This document shows positions 13,985 to 25,979 of a stretch of DNA of 64,000 bases, one piece after another (position 1 is the first letter of the stretch; each line of letters begins with the position of its first letter). The position numbers and the translations under genes are program-made. Source of the DNA: Eledone cirrhosa (lineage: Eukaryota); assembly GCA_964016885.1 (NCBI GenBank), contig OZ024742.1, positions 261,144,001 through 261,208,000 of the forward strand, read 5' to 3'. The notes beneath the pieces were generated by a model. That model was not told the origin of the DNA and searched no databases. It saw only the letters and a program-made list of their open reading frames with translations.

Positions 13985-16697
13985 TCATCATCATCGTTTT
14001 ACGTCCGTTCTTCCATGCTAACATGGGTTAGACGGGTTGTCCTGCTGTGTCTGGTCGGCTGCCCATGCCTTGCTCATACAGGAACTGATTTGGGCTTGAT
14101 TTCTACGGCTGGATGCCCTTCCTAACACCAACCTCATTTACAGTGAGTGTTGGGTGCTTTTTTTCCGTGGCGCCTACACGTCCACTTTACAGTGTGGACT
14201 GGGTGCTTTTTTGCCATGGCACCTCCACGACCACTTTGCAGTGGGAGGGTGTGGGGGCATATTGTCTATATGCTTCAGCTTGTACCCATGGGAGGTCGGG
14301 TACTCTGTATTACTGCATGACGCCAGAGGTCACGGTCGTGTGTCATCGCTTTGGAGAGGTGTAATTGGGTAAGGTCGGCTTTTATCACCTCATCCCAGGT
14401 CATCTTGGGTCTCCCCACTCCGCGGTTTCCATTGACTTCTAGTGCTCTGCACCTTTTTATGCAGCTGTCATCCTTCATACGCATCACATGTCCATATCAA
14501 CGCAACCGCCTCTCCTGCACACAGCATTTGATTCCTCTTATGCTCAGTCTCTCTCTCAATTCATTTATGCTTTGTCGGTCGCGTATATTACTATTACACA
14601 TCCATCGGAGCATGCAGGCTTCGTTTCTTTCTAATCTACGTAAGTCTTCCACCTTCAGCGCCCAGGTCTCACTACCATGTAACATTGCTGTTCGGATACA
14701 CGCATCATACAGTCTGCCTTTTATTTTGAGGGAGAAGCCTTTTGCAGCTAGCAGAGAACAGAGCTCTGGTGGACACCAACCTGTACGCTAAATTCCTCGC
14801 TATACTCATTGCTAATCCTAACTTTGCTGACTGCTCCCCTATACATGGCTTGTACAGCTTTTACAAGCCATTCATCTACTACTAGTTTTCTAAGAGCCCA
14901 CCAGATTATTGCAATTGGAACCCTGTCAAAGGCTTTCTCGAGATCGACGAATGCCAGGTAGAGTGCCTTACTTTTAGCTAGGTACTTTTCCTGTAACTGC
15001 CTCACAAGGTAAAAGGCATCAGTGGTGCCTCTTCCTGGCACAAACCCAAATTGCATCTCATCTAGTTTCACCCGGTCCCTAATGAACTGTGCTATAACTC
15101 TTTCTGTTACTTTAATGACCTGGTCCATCAGCTTTATACCTCTATAGTTTCCTCTATCTAGTGCATCACCTTTACCTTTGTAGCAGTTGACAATGATGCT
15201 ACTGCACCAATCTTTTGGTATGACACCTTCTAGTATTACCTGGTTAACAATACGTGTGGTTATAGTGTGACCTACAGATCCAGATGCCTTCAGCATCTCG
15301 GCAGCTATACCCGATGGACTGGTTGCCTTCCCCATCTTCATATCTTTGATTGCCTTACTTACTACGCTGCTGCTGACGTGTACTGCTGGCCCCTCTATAG
15401 GGTCTACTTGGGGTAGGGTCTCTTCTTCCCATGCATTCTCCTCATTTAGTAATCTATCATAATGACTCTTCCATGCATCTTTCTTCTCAGCACTTGTGAG
15501 AGCAAGCTCACCTTTATCATTCCGGATACACTTCTCTCCAATGACATCACAATTCTCTCTGACACACTGCCTCGCAATCTTGAACACCTTCTGTTTCTGG
15601 TCCTCACGTTGCAAAACATACTAGAATTTTCTATCCTCTGCTTCCCTCCTAGCTAAGTATACTTGTCGCCTAGCTTCCCTCTTGGTCTCTATGTAATGTA
15701 CCCTGCTGCCCCCGTTCTTCCATTCTTTCCAAGCCTGTCTCTTGGCCTTAACTGCCTCATCTACCTTATTGTTCCACCACCAAGTGACTCTCCTCCTGCT
15801 TGTGGTCTTACTCCCACCACAGATCTCATCCGTCGCCTCTAGTAAGTTATTTTTTAGGAACTCCCAGTGCTCTTCTACATTGAATGTCTCTATCAGTTCT
15901 TCCTTACTGTCGTAGGCATTGAGTAAAATATCTTTAAATCTGTTACTGGCCGAGGGGTCTTTCAGCTTCCAGATCTTTCTTCTCCAGGTTGGCCTCTGCT
16001 TCCAGGTTCGTCTAGTTCTGACCGTGAGGTCGCTGACAACTAAGCTATGTTGGGAGGTACATTCCTCACTAGGGAAGGCGTTTGTGTTTACGACCGTCCA
16101 TCTGTCACGTCCTCTGATGAGGATAAAATCTATCTGACTAGAATGCTCCCCTGATCTATAGGTGATCAGGTGGTTGTCGGGTTTTTTGAAGTTTGTGTTA
16201 CATATCGACATGTCATTGGCGTCGCAGAATTCTAGAAGTCTGAATCTTTCTTCATTTCTTGTGCCAACCCCATGGCCTCTATGGACTCTATTGAAGCCGT
16301 CACAGTGTTTACCTACATGTCCGTTAAAATCTCCTGCGATGATTAGGAAGTCATTGTCGTTTGTTAGAGCAGTAGTGTGCATTAGGGACTCGTAAAACCA
16401 ATCCTTAAGTTCGTCTGGCAACCCCGATTGGGGTGCGTAAGCTGATATTATTGTGGTAATTGTTTTATTCAGGACTAGTCTGAGTTTAATGATTCTTGCA
16501 TTTACCCTGTACACTGAGATTACTTTATCTACCCACTTGTCAGCTAGTAGTATACCTACACCACCCATCCCATCGTCATTTCCCACCCAGCAAAAATTTG
16601 TAGCACTGACTTTTTCCTACAAGGACTCTAGCAGACTCTCCTCTCTATCTAGTCTCTTGCACACAGCATACATCAATTTCCTTTCGCTCTAGCATCT
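13985..16697 (-). mobile_element. RTE-clade LINE, 5'-truncated, with an internal deletion near 14750
   Basis: APE (CVQETR, GVGILL, SAYAPQ, GDFNGHVG, QIDFIL) and RT (MQFGF, FVDLEKAFD, GVHQS) motifs; GVHQSSVL joins directly to LAAKGFSL, so YADD is missing; (GAT)n tail at 13985. Confidence 0.92.
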
Positions 16698-17464
16698 GTA
16701 GTGTATAGCATAAGATGTACTGAAGGACAATGTAGAGACAAAAATATAGTGTACATAGGTGAGACAGCTCGTAGTGTAGGGGAACAGATAAATGAACACT
16801 GGCGAGACCTTCAAGATAGTAAAGAATCATCTGTACTCTACCAACATGCTAAAATAGAACACAAGGGTAAATTAGAGAACATAGAAATAAAAATAGAATC
16901 TACACACAGAAAAGACGCAATGTTTAGACAAATCACAGAGGCAATAAACATAAAAGAATTACAACCAAAATTAAATAGAAAATATGAGTGGAACAGCAAC
17001 ATCACAACTTACAATTAAGGACAAAATGAAAACACACACACACATAGAACAAACAACCAACCAGTAACATGTAAATAAACAAATAAATAAATGAACATAA
17101 ACACACACAGACACCCGGATGTGGCGCATGCGCAGACTGAGCACACAATACACACACAGAAACAAAATGGCGTAGGACAGAACAAAGGAGAGGCACAAAA
17201 ACAAAAAACAAAGAAAAGAATCCCCAGTCACTGAAGAGGTCACAGAGTGTGTGACGAAAGAACTATGACAATATATAAACAACTATCTGGTTGTGGAACC
17301 AACCAACCCAACCAGAAATTTATAAATTTATTATAATAAATTGAAGTGAAAGCAACTGGTGCGTGTGTTTCTTATTGGCAACATGACCCTCTCAAAGTAT
17401 AACAATATCGGTTTCAACACACGATTTCAGGTAAAGAATCTTGCTAAACAAATTCAGAAACGAA

Positions 17465-17465
<1 letters not shown>
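16698..17465 (+). mobile_element. Penelope-like element 3' fragment (GIY-YIG + pLTR), diverged relative of 2161-3316
   Basis: VVYSIRC..VYIGETARSVGEQINEH..FRQITEAINI..KLNRK; hammerhead at 17227. Confidence 0.88.
17227..17269 (+). ncRNA. Minimal type I hammerhead ribozyme
   Basis: GTCA-CTGAAGA-G-GTCAC(AGAGTGT)GTGAC-GAAA-GAA-CTA-TGAC; stem I GTCA/TGAC, CUA triplet. Confidence 0.75.
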
Positions 17466-17552
<87 letters not shown>

Positions 17553-17636
17553 TTCAGAAGATCCCGTTAAGGGTGAAAGCAGCGATTCTTTGCTTAAACT
17601 TTAATCTGTTATTTTAATAAATATATATATATATAT

Positions 17637-17667
<31 letters not shown>

Positions 17668-17746
17668 TATATATATACATATATATATATACATATATAT
17701 ATATACATATATATACATATATATATATATATATACATATATATAC

Positions 17747-17783
<37 letters not shown>

Positions 17784-17789
17784 AATAAA

Positions 17790-18009
17790 GGATCGATCGA
17801 CTTTCGTCAAATCGGACCGAGGAAACAATGTTTCCGTTGGTCTTTCCAGTTGCTAGTACTATCTATCGGTCGCAACTCCATGTAGAAGGAGCAACGTGAA
17901 ATAAAGTGTCTTGCCCAAGGACATAACGCATCGCCCGGTCCAGGAATCGAACTCACAACCTCAACATTGTAAATCCAATTCTCTAACCACTCAGCTACAC
18001 GCCTTCACC
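17790..18009 (-). mobile_element. tRNA-derived SINE
   Basis: Reverse complement starts GAAGGCGTGTAGCTGAGTGGTTAG (A box) .. GAGTTCGATTCC (B box) .. GTCCTTGGGCAAGACAC. Confidence 0.75.
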
Positions 18010-18082
<73 letters not shown>

Positions 18083-18149
18083 TATATGTATGTATATATA
18101 TATATACATATATACATATATACATATATATACATATATATATACATAT

Positions 18150-21100
18150 TAAAGAGGGACTTAAGGCCATCCGAAATAGTGAACCACGCCAGTACACACG
18201 ACAACATGGGACTGACCCACTGAGTGAAAGACCCAGGGGGATAACAGGCAATAGACCTGGTCCCACTAGGCAGCCCCGCGGCCGCTTGGAGGGACATGCA
18301 CCCCTGATTGAGTAGCATGACCATATTAGGAAGTGTAATTGCCGACGGAAGGACAAATGCCCACTAGCTGGACACTGCCTTATTAAGAACGTAGTATATG
18401 CTTGTAACGTAACCACAGACACGTATACTGTATACTAAGACGTATGTGGGGTCAACCGCTAACCAGTTCAAGGCTAGATTCAACGCCCACCAGCATAGCT
18501 TCCGAAATGAGAAGCTTAAAAATACCACGTCGTTAGCGGGACACATACATAACTTAAAACAAGCAAAAACCCCCTACACACTAAGCTGGAGATGCCTTAC
18601 TAAAGCTCCTCCATATACCATATAGCTCGTTGAGCAGGTTTTGTAGCCTGTGCCTATCTGAATCTCATGCCATAGTATTCTCAGGACTTAACTTGCTCAA
18701 CAGGAGGTCAGAAATCTTCTCGTCCTGCCCCATACTATACTTAGCTCTTTCTTTTTCTTCAAACCGGACACCTAACCCTGACCCCACCCTGTCTCGCACA
18801 TGGCTGCCCTGCTGGCGAATAGGGTGCTCTTGAGTGACCCCGGCCCCATTGATGCCTCGGCTCCCCACTTACCGATGGGGACTCTGGTGAGGAACAGTCA
18901 ATCCTGTGTCCCACTTGCCAAAGTGGGATTGGTGGCAGCATTGTTGCCGGGCGCTCTGGGGGAAGCTGATGCCTGCAGTGTGGGATATTGCGAGTGCCTG
19001 GACCCACGCTGCCTGGTCTGGGGATGTACCGTCGGGGATACATATCAACAAATTCGGGAATTTGCCCAAGGGAACAGTAGCGGAGCACCCAATGTGGCGG
19101 CCATTCCCTGCCTGTAACCAATCAACCCCTCCTCCATAGTAAACCCCCGCCCCAATCGCTCCCCCTCCCCATTCTCTCCCATTCATTTTTTTTTAGCTAG
19201 TTCTTTATTAATAAGGATTTTTTTGTATATTACTGCGGTTGACATAATGGGTTTGGAGAGTTGACTCCCTTGATGTCTGACCACTCGATAAGTTAGGGGT
19301 TGTGCCCCTTGAACTGGGGTGTGTCTTGCTGGTCTACCTGCTGTCAGCTACTACCCGAGACTGGACATGGTCGTAGCCACAGGCGTACGCGGTAGCATGG
19401 AGTATGTATTTTCTGCTAGTCACCCTGCGTAATATGATACCCCAATATTCCATGCACGGGATTCACCGAAGCATGCACAGACTTAACCGGGAGATGACAT
19501 GAGAATTTGAAAATACCACAAGAGAGACCCTTTGGATAGCGTAGACGCTGGACCATACCCGCAAATATCTGCATATATACCGTGATCTGTCTTGAATATG
19601 CATGACTGATGGGATATAGAAGCAACATGGATAACACGACCACCATCTAAGCCAGAACCGACCCCTACAACAAACAAAAAGGGGACAGCCCTTAGCATTT
19701 GACTAGTCACGTGTGAACTTGGAATTGGTGAGAGGAGGGGATAATAGCGAGAGACGCAATATACCACCCCAGTCAAGTCCATACTGGACTTTTTTACCAA
19801 TATATCATGTACACCAATATATCCTATACAGTAAAACCTTGGATTTAGAACCGGCAGGCTGATCTATCGTAAACGCGTGCGATCCCACGCATGGCTTAAT
19901 AACTGGCACGACCGAAACTACATGGAAAAGATTGAACGGACCACACCCTGCGACCACTAGCTGTTTGATCCGCGGGTCCATCTCCCAGAGAGTGCACACA
20001 GCTGATAGTGAATCCCAGTTGATTCATGAACTCGGAACTTTTCAACAAAACCAACTGTACCTGGAGCTATGCAGATGATTGCATGCGCACAATGGATATC
20101 GCACCTACAAGGTCACCTGTATTGTTCATCTTGCTGTATGTGTGTAAAGTGTCCGTGTGTGGGATATAGCTGAGTAAATTTGCTTGACTGTTAATTGTTT
20201 ATTGATTGTTTGTTAATTAGGCAGGAATATATTATTATATCTTTGTTAATCCTATATAATTAATTTTTTGATAATACATTATTAGATTACTGAAGCTATT
20301 TAATACCTTCTTAAAAATACATTTTATAATTATTGTCTTTTTGCTTTTATATTTTCTTACTTATCATTTTCTTTAATCTTCGAGCCCAACTTGATAAGCT
20401 CTTTGAATTGCTCCTTAATTAGATTACTTAAATTACTTTATTTATTATACCTAAGTTGTTGTATCTGTTGAAGCAACCCTTTGGAAATTCCTTGGATCTC
20501 TCAAATCCCGTAATTTTTAATTTGTAATTTTCCTCAATTCATTTTTATATATATTTTTAAAGGTTCTCTAAAATTTTAATTCTTTGAAGGGTCTTTCGGA
20601 AGAGGTTTTTATTAAAAATATTAAAGGGGCCTTTTCTGAGGGATTTTTTTAAGGCTTTTTGAATTAACCTTTAATTGATTAATTTCTTTCAACTATTTAT
20701 TTCTTAACTTTTAAAATTAAATTTAATGTTCAACCTCTTAATCTTTAATTTTTAATCTTGGATATATAAGATTGCTTAATCTTAAATTCATTAAATTTTT
20801 TAATTTCTGGGTTTGGAACTCTTAAACTTCAAATCCTAACTTAAATCTTAATCTTTATATTATGGATTCCCTAAATCATTAACTTTATTAACCTCTTAAA
20901 TCTTATTGAAAGTTTTTTTCCCTAACTTTTAATTTTTAATTTTTGAGTTTAGAACTTTCGTAGGGATTATTAAATCTTCGTAAATTTTCTTAAATTTTTT
21001 AAGGGAATTTCTTATAAAAATTTTTTTTGAAGGAATTTTTTAGGAAACTTTTTATTTTTTTACTCTCTTAATCTCTCCTGGTTTTTTAGGTTTATTGGGG

Positions 21101-21607
21101 CTTATAAGCTTTATGCGCTTATTGAGGGATTTTTTAAGGTGCTTTTAAGAGATCCCAAGTCTTTTACTTTTAATGCGTAACTTATAAATTCTTTAATTTT
21201 TAACCTTCAATCTCTAACTTTTAGGCCCTTTTCAAATTCTCTATAAACCATCCCTTTTACAACTCCTACAACTAATATAAAAGAGCCCCCTTAGAATATA
21301 GACCCCAAATATACAAGCTGAGCTGTTGATGTATACCACGATTTCAAACTGCTAATCTTGAGTGAAACGTTGATGAAAATAATGAAATTACAATTACCTG
21401 TTATATGCCTTGAAAAGTCCCACCATATGGTCGGACGAAACGGCTGTCGGCAATAAACTTGTTATAATGTCATAAAAGTTCCTTTGTTCTTTTTCCTTAA
21501 TACTTCTGCTCTGCTTATACGCATAGAGCTTAACTAGCTACCATCGCATATTTGGTAGGTCAGGTGTGATCATCGCGATTTACGTACGACCTACCATACA
21601 TCTTGCT

Positions 21608-21608
<1 letters not shown>
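18150..21608 (+). mobile_element. Naiad-type PLE 3' portion: decayed GIY-YIG domain plus a long 3' region ending in a hammerhead-bearing terminus
   Basis: [62 protein letters not shown] at about 18330-18730; continuity through 18760-21400 is inferred. Confidence 0.7.
21406..21452 (+). ncRNA. Type I hammerhead ribozyme with U3-A8 core variant
   Basis: TGCC-TTGAAAA-GTCC(CACCATATGGTC)GGAC-GAAA-C-GGCT-GTC-GGCA; all three stems pair, GUC triplet. Confidence 0.75.
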
Positions 21609-21644
<36 letters not shown>

Positions 21645-21648
21645 CTAC

Positions 21649-21691
<43 letters not shown>

Positions 21692-21706
21692 TATTTATAT
21701 ATATAC

Positions 21707-21803
<97 letters not shown>

Positions 21804-21806
21804 CAC

Positions 21807-21838
<32 letters not shown>
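21608..21838. repeat. (TA)n microsatellite
   Basis: Seen directly. Confidence 0.98.
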
Positions 21839-21846
21839 GGAAGGCA

Positions 21847-23836
21847 ATGGTTTACGATGGACTATTCAGTGCTGATACTAAAGATTATTTTGACATTAAA
21901 TCCCGTAAATATCCACCTAGAATTAAAGACATGGCCAACTTCGAATTAGACCTCGTTAATCTAATTAGTGATATCAAATTTCGCAAGTACAATAATAACT
22001 TTCAAACTAAACTTTCTAACGATATCTCTAATTTTAGAAATTCTACAAACACTTTCGTTCTTTCTGATAAAACTAAAAACCTCTTTGAAGTTAATAGTAA
22101 TTTGTATAACCAACTTTTAACTAATAGTATTACCGATAAATATCAATTAACTAATAATAATACCTACAATACTATCAATAAAGAAGCTAAAGAACTAGCT
22201 AGTTCTTTACAAATAGATAACCGGATTGAAAGCTTAGCTAAGCGTAAAGGATATATTACCCTTAAAGACCATAAATTGGACTTTACTAATCGACCTAGTT
22301 GTAGACTGATTAACCCGGCTAAATCCGAGGTTGGCCTTGCTAGTAAGAAAATCTTAAGAAAAATAATTCTCCAAATTAGAACTAACACTGACCTTTCACA
22401 GTGGCTAAATACTTCCTCTGTTATTTCTTGGTTCAATAATATACAAGGTAAAAATAAGTGTAGATTTACCCAATTTGATATTGTCGATTTTTACCCTTCT
22501 ATTACTGTTTCCTTATTAACCAATGCCTTAGATTTTGCAAGACCCTTCATTAATATCTCTAAATTAGAAGAGGACATTATCTTTCATGCTAGAAAAACTT
22601 TACTTTTTACTAATGATAATATTTGGGTTAAAAAGTCAAACCCTGAAAGCTCTTTTGATGTTGCAATGGGTTCATATGACAGTGCGGATGTGTGTGACTT
22701 AGTAGGATTATTCCTTCTCCACACACTCAAAGAGAAATTTCCGTCCCATAATATCGGTTTATACCGTGATGACGGATTAGCAGTTTCTCATACCACCAAC
22801 GGCCATAATCTTGATAAATTCCGTAAAGATTTAATTAATACTTTTGCTAATCTTAACCTTAAAATTACTATAGATACGAACCTTACTAATGCTAACTTTC
22901 TTGATATTAATCTTGATCTACTTACTGCCTCTTTTAAACCCTATCATAAACCTAATGAAAATCTTAGGTATATACACAAAGAGTCTTGCCATCCCCCTAT
23001 AGTTTTTAATAATCTTATTCCTAACATTAGCCGTAGGATTTCTACCTTATCTTCGTCTATAGACATTTTTAATAAAGCCCTTAAGAACAGCGGTTTTACG
23101 GAAAAAATTTCTTATTTACCTACTCTCCCCCCCCCCCCCCTAAAACTAACCATAATAACAGGAAAAGGAAGATTATTTGGTTCACACCCCCCTTCTCTCT
23201 AACTGTCAAAACTAATGTAGGAAGGAAATTCCTTGAACTATTAGACAAACATTTTCCTCCTATTCATAGATATTATAAGATTTTTAATAGGAATGTAGTT
23301 AAGATCAGCTACTCTTGTTGCCCATCCATGAAGTCCAAAATCACCAGTTCAAACCGTACGAGGATAAATCCAGGATGCAGTTGCAGGAAGCCGGATGAAT
23401 ACCCATTGCAGGGTAAATGTAACACAAAATCTGTCGTTTATGAGGCTAAGATAACGCCAGTTATCAACAACCAGCCAGCCAGGAGTGAGCGATATGTCGG
23501 TATGACCCAGGACAGATTTAAAACCAGATTTTACTCACATGTCGCTTCTTTTAAGCACTCTGATAAACGAACATCAACGGCCCTCGCAAGTAAGGTATGG
23601 GATCTCAAGGATAGTAATATCCCGTACTCTATTGATTGGTCTATATTAGACCATTCGAGTGAGTACAAAAGAATTGTTCTTTGTGCACCACAGAAAAATA
23701 TAGGATTTTGCTAAACTTGAGAGCCACTTCCGCTTGCCTTAACTCAAAGACTGAGATCTTCAGATGCTGTCCTCATCTGAAATCGCATCTGATCTGTAAC
23801 TGGATTGACACTCCTATGAGAAATCAACCGCCTTGA
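21847..23836 (+). pseudogene. Naiad-type PLE RT + GIY-YIG ORF, 5'-truncated and frameshifted
   Basis: [52 protein letters not shown]; after the polyC frameshift IWFTPP..GCSCRK..YVGMT..FKTRFYSH..CSLC. Confidence 0.92.
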
Positions 23837-23999
23837 ACTCCTTCTCTGCTCTTTACTTTTGCTACGGTTTTTATTTTGCTGACTCTACCTTCTGTACTCT
23901 TGTATATTTACAAAAATTTTTTCTCCCTTACCGCCCCTTATATTTTACCTTCTCTTATGCCCCCCCCCCCCCCCATATATTCTTTTTGTTTTTCCCTTC

Positions 24000-24046
24000 A
24001 CATACCTATGTGTATGTGTATGTATTTTTGTGTGTATATATATATG

Positions 24047-24084
<38 letters not shown>

Positions 24085-24094
24085 TATATTTGTG

Positions 24095-24129
<35 letters not shown>

Positions 24130-24365
24130 ATGTGTGTATATAATTGTATATTTGTGTGTGTATATGTGGATAAACCAGGCTTTTTTTCATTCTGAAGATT
24201 GAAGGAAACTTTTTTGCTTTTAAGAAACCGCTGGTGAATGGATTAATTGCCTTGTGTTGCTTTATTACTTTACTACTATATATACGTTTATGTAAGGTTC
24301 ATTTGTCTTATCTAATACTGAGCTTTACACATACACACATGTATATGTGTGTGTGTGTACGTGTA

Positions 24366-24424
<59 letters not shown>

Positions 24425-24636
24425 ATATATATATATGTATGTATGTATATGTGTGCGTGTGTATTTATTTATTTTTATGTATGTGTGGGTGTGTGTGTGT
24501 GTTTGTATTTGGTTGTGCGTGCTTTTGATATATACGTATTTGCATGTGTATAATTGTTTAGCTATGTATGTATATGTGTGTTTACGTATATATATGTGTG
24601 TGTGTGTGTGTGTGCGTTTATATTTTTATATTTTTG

Positions 24637-24693
<57 letters not shown>

Positions 24694-25090
24694 ATATAAT
24701 TACATATACATGTGTGTGTTTATATTATATACGTGTGCGTGTTTGTGTATGTATGTGTATGTACGTGTTTATGTATTTGTATATGTATATTTATGTGTGA
24801 GAGTGTGTGTATGTGTTTACTATTTCGTACGTATGTATATGTGCTTTTGTGTGTATTACTTACCACGCGTGTCTGTCCTGTTAGCTGGGGCATGTATCGG
24901 TGTCAAACATTTTTTAATATATATTTATATATTTTTTTCTTATATTTATTTGCGTGTGTGAATATGTAGAGGAGTGCATTCATGTATGTGTATGTATGTA
25001 CGTTGTATGTTTGTGTGAATATATGTATGTGTATATATATATGTGTGTGTGTATGGCTATGTTTGTGTATGTGTATGCTTGTACACACAC

Positions 25091-25157
<67 letters not shown>

Positions 25158-25167
25158 TATATATATA

Positions 25168-25202
<35 letters not shown>

Positions 25203-25330
25203 ATGAATGTATGTATGTGTATATGTGTGTATATATGTGTATGTGTGTGTAGGTGTACGTTTTATATATATATATGTATATATGTATGCGTACATTTTTT
25301 ATATATATGTATATATGTGTGTGTGTGTAA
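24000..25330. repeat. Mixed (TA)n/(TG)n compound microsatellite region
   Basis: Seen directly. Confidence 0.9.
24188..24240 (+). ncRNA. Hammerhead motif with a non-canonical GUG cleavage triplet
   Basis: CATT-CTGAAGA-TTGAAG..CTTTTAA-GAAA-CC-GCT-GG-TG-AATG. Confidence 0.6.
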
Positions 25331-25474
25331 GTATGCTTTTGTGTTTTTTTGTGTGTGTGTTTGCATGTGTAGTTTTATTTTATTTTTCCTTTCCTTCTCC
25401 CTTTTCCAGCCTCACTTTCATATAGATTGCATTTTTGTTTTTAGAATCCAAATTCAATAAACAAACCAGGATTT

Positions 25475-25532
25475 TTCATTCTGAGGATTGAAAGCAAAAC
25501 CTTTTGCTTTTAAGAAACCACTGGTAAATGGA
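25475..25532 (+). ncRNA. Well-formed type I hammerhead ribozyme
   Basis: TTCATT-CTGAGGA-TTGAAAGCAAAA(CC)TTTTGCTTTTAA-GAAA-CC-ACT-GG-TA-AATGGA; long stem II, GUA triplet. Confidence 0.8.
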
Positions 25533-25663
25533 ATAATTGCCTTATGTTGTTTATTACATAATAATAATATATATATATATAGAGCGTAAACCTCTTCAAA
25601 TGAAGTCGGTGTTTATTACGGTATGTCGAATCTATTTATCTATAAAACTGTTTATATTGTATT

Positions 25664-25718
25664 TTGTCTGATGAAGGCATAGCATATTGTTAATATGATA
25701 TCCCCGAAATATATATAG
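25664..25718 (+). ncRNA. Degenerate hammerhead motif (PLE-derived)
   Basis: CTGATGA (25668) .. imperfect hairpin .. GAAA (25706); stem I poorly supported. Confidence 0.35.
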
Positions 25719-25853
25719 TGAAATAAATATGGTTTTATAAATATAGTTTTCCATTTATTTAATATTGTAAATATACTCCAAATATTTGTCGAGTGCTTTT
25801 ATATCAGTTATAAATATTTACTAGTTGTAACCCAACAATTTTAAATATAACTT

Positions 25854-25884
<31 letters not shown>

Positions 25885-25890
25885 TTTCAC

Positions 25891-25930
<40 letters not shown>

Positions 25931-25979
25931 ATTATTATATATATATATATATATGTATATATGTGTGTTATATAGAAGT

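Noticed and set aside
17930-18009. tRNA gene
   Set aside because: A and B boxes are present but continue into a SINE body; no complete cloverleaf
18825-18900. SECIS-like stem (GTGAC..CCCCAT/ATGGGG..TGAG) after a Naiad ORF; some Naiads encode selenoproteins
   Set aside because: No apical AA motif, and all visible Cys positions in the adjacent ORF use TGT/TGC with no in-frame TGA
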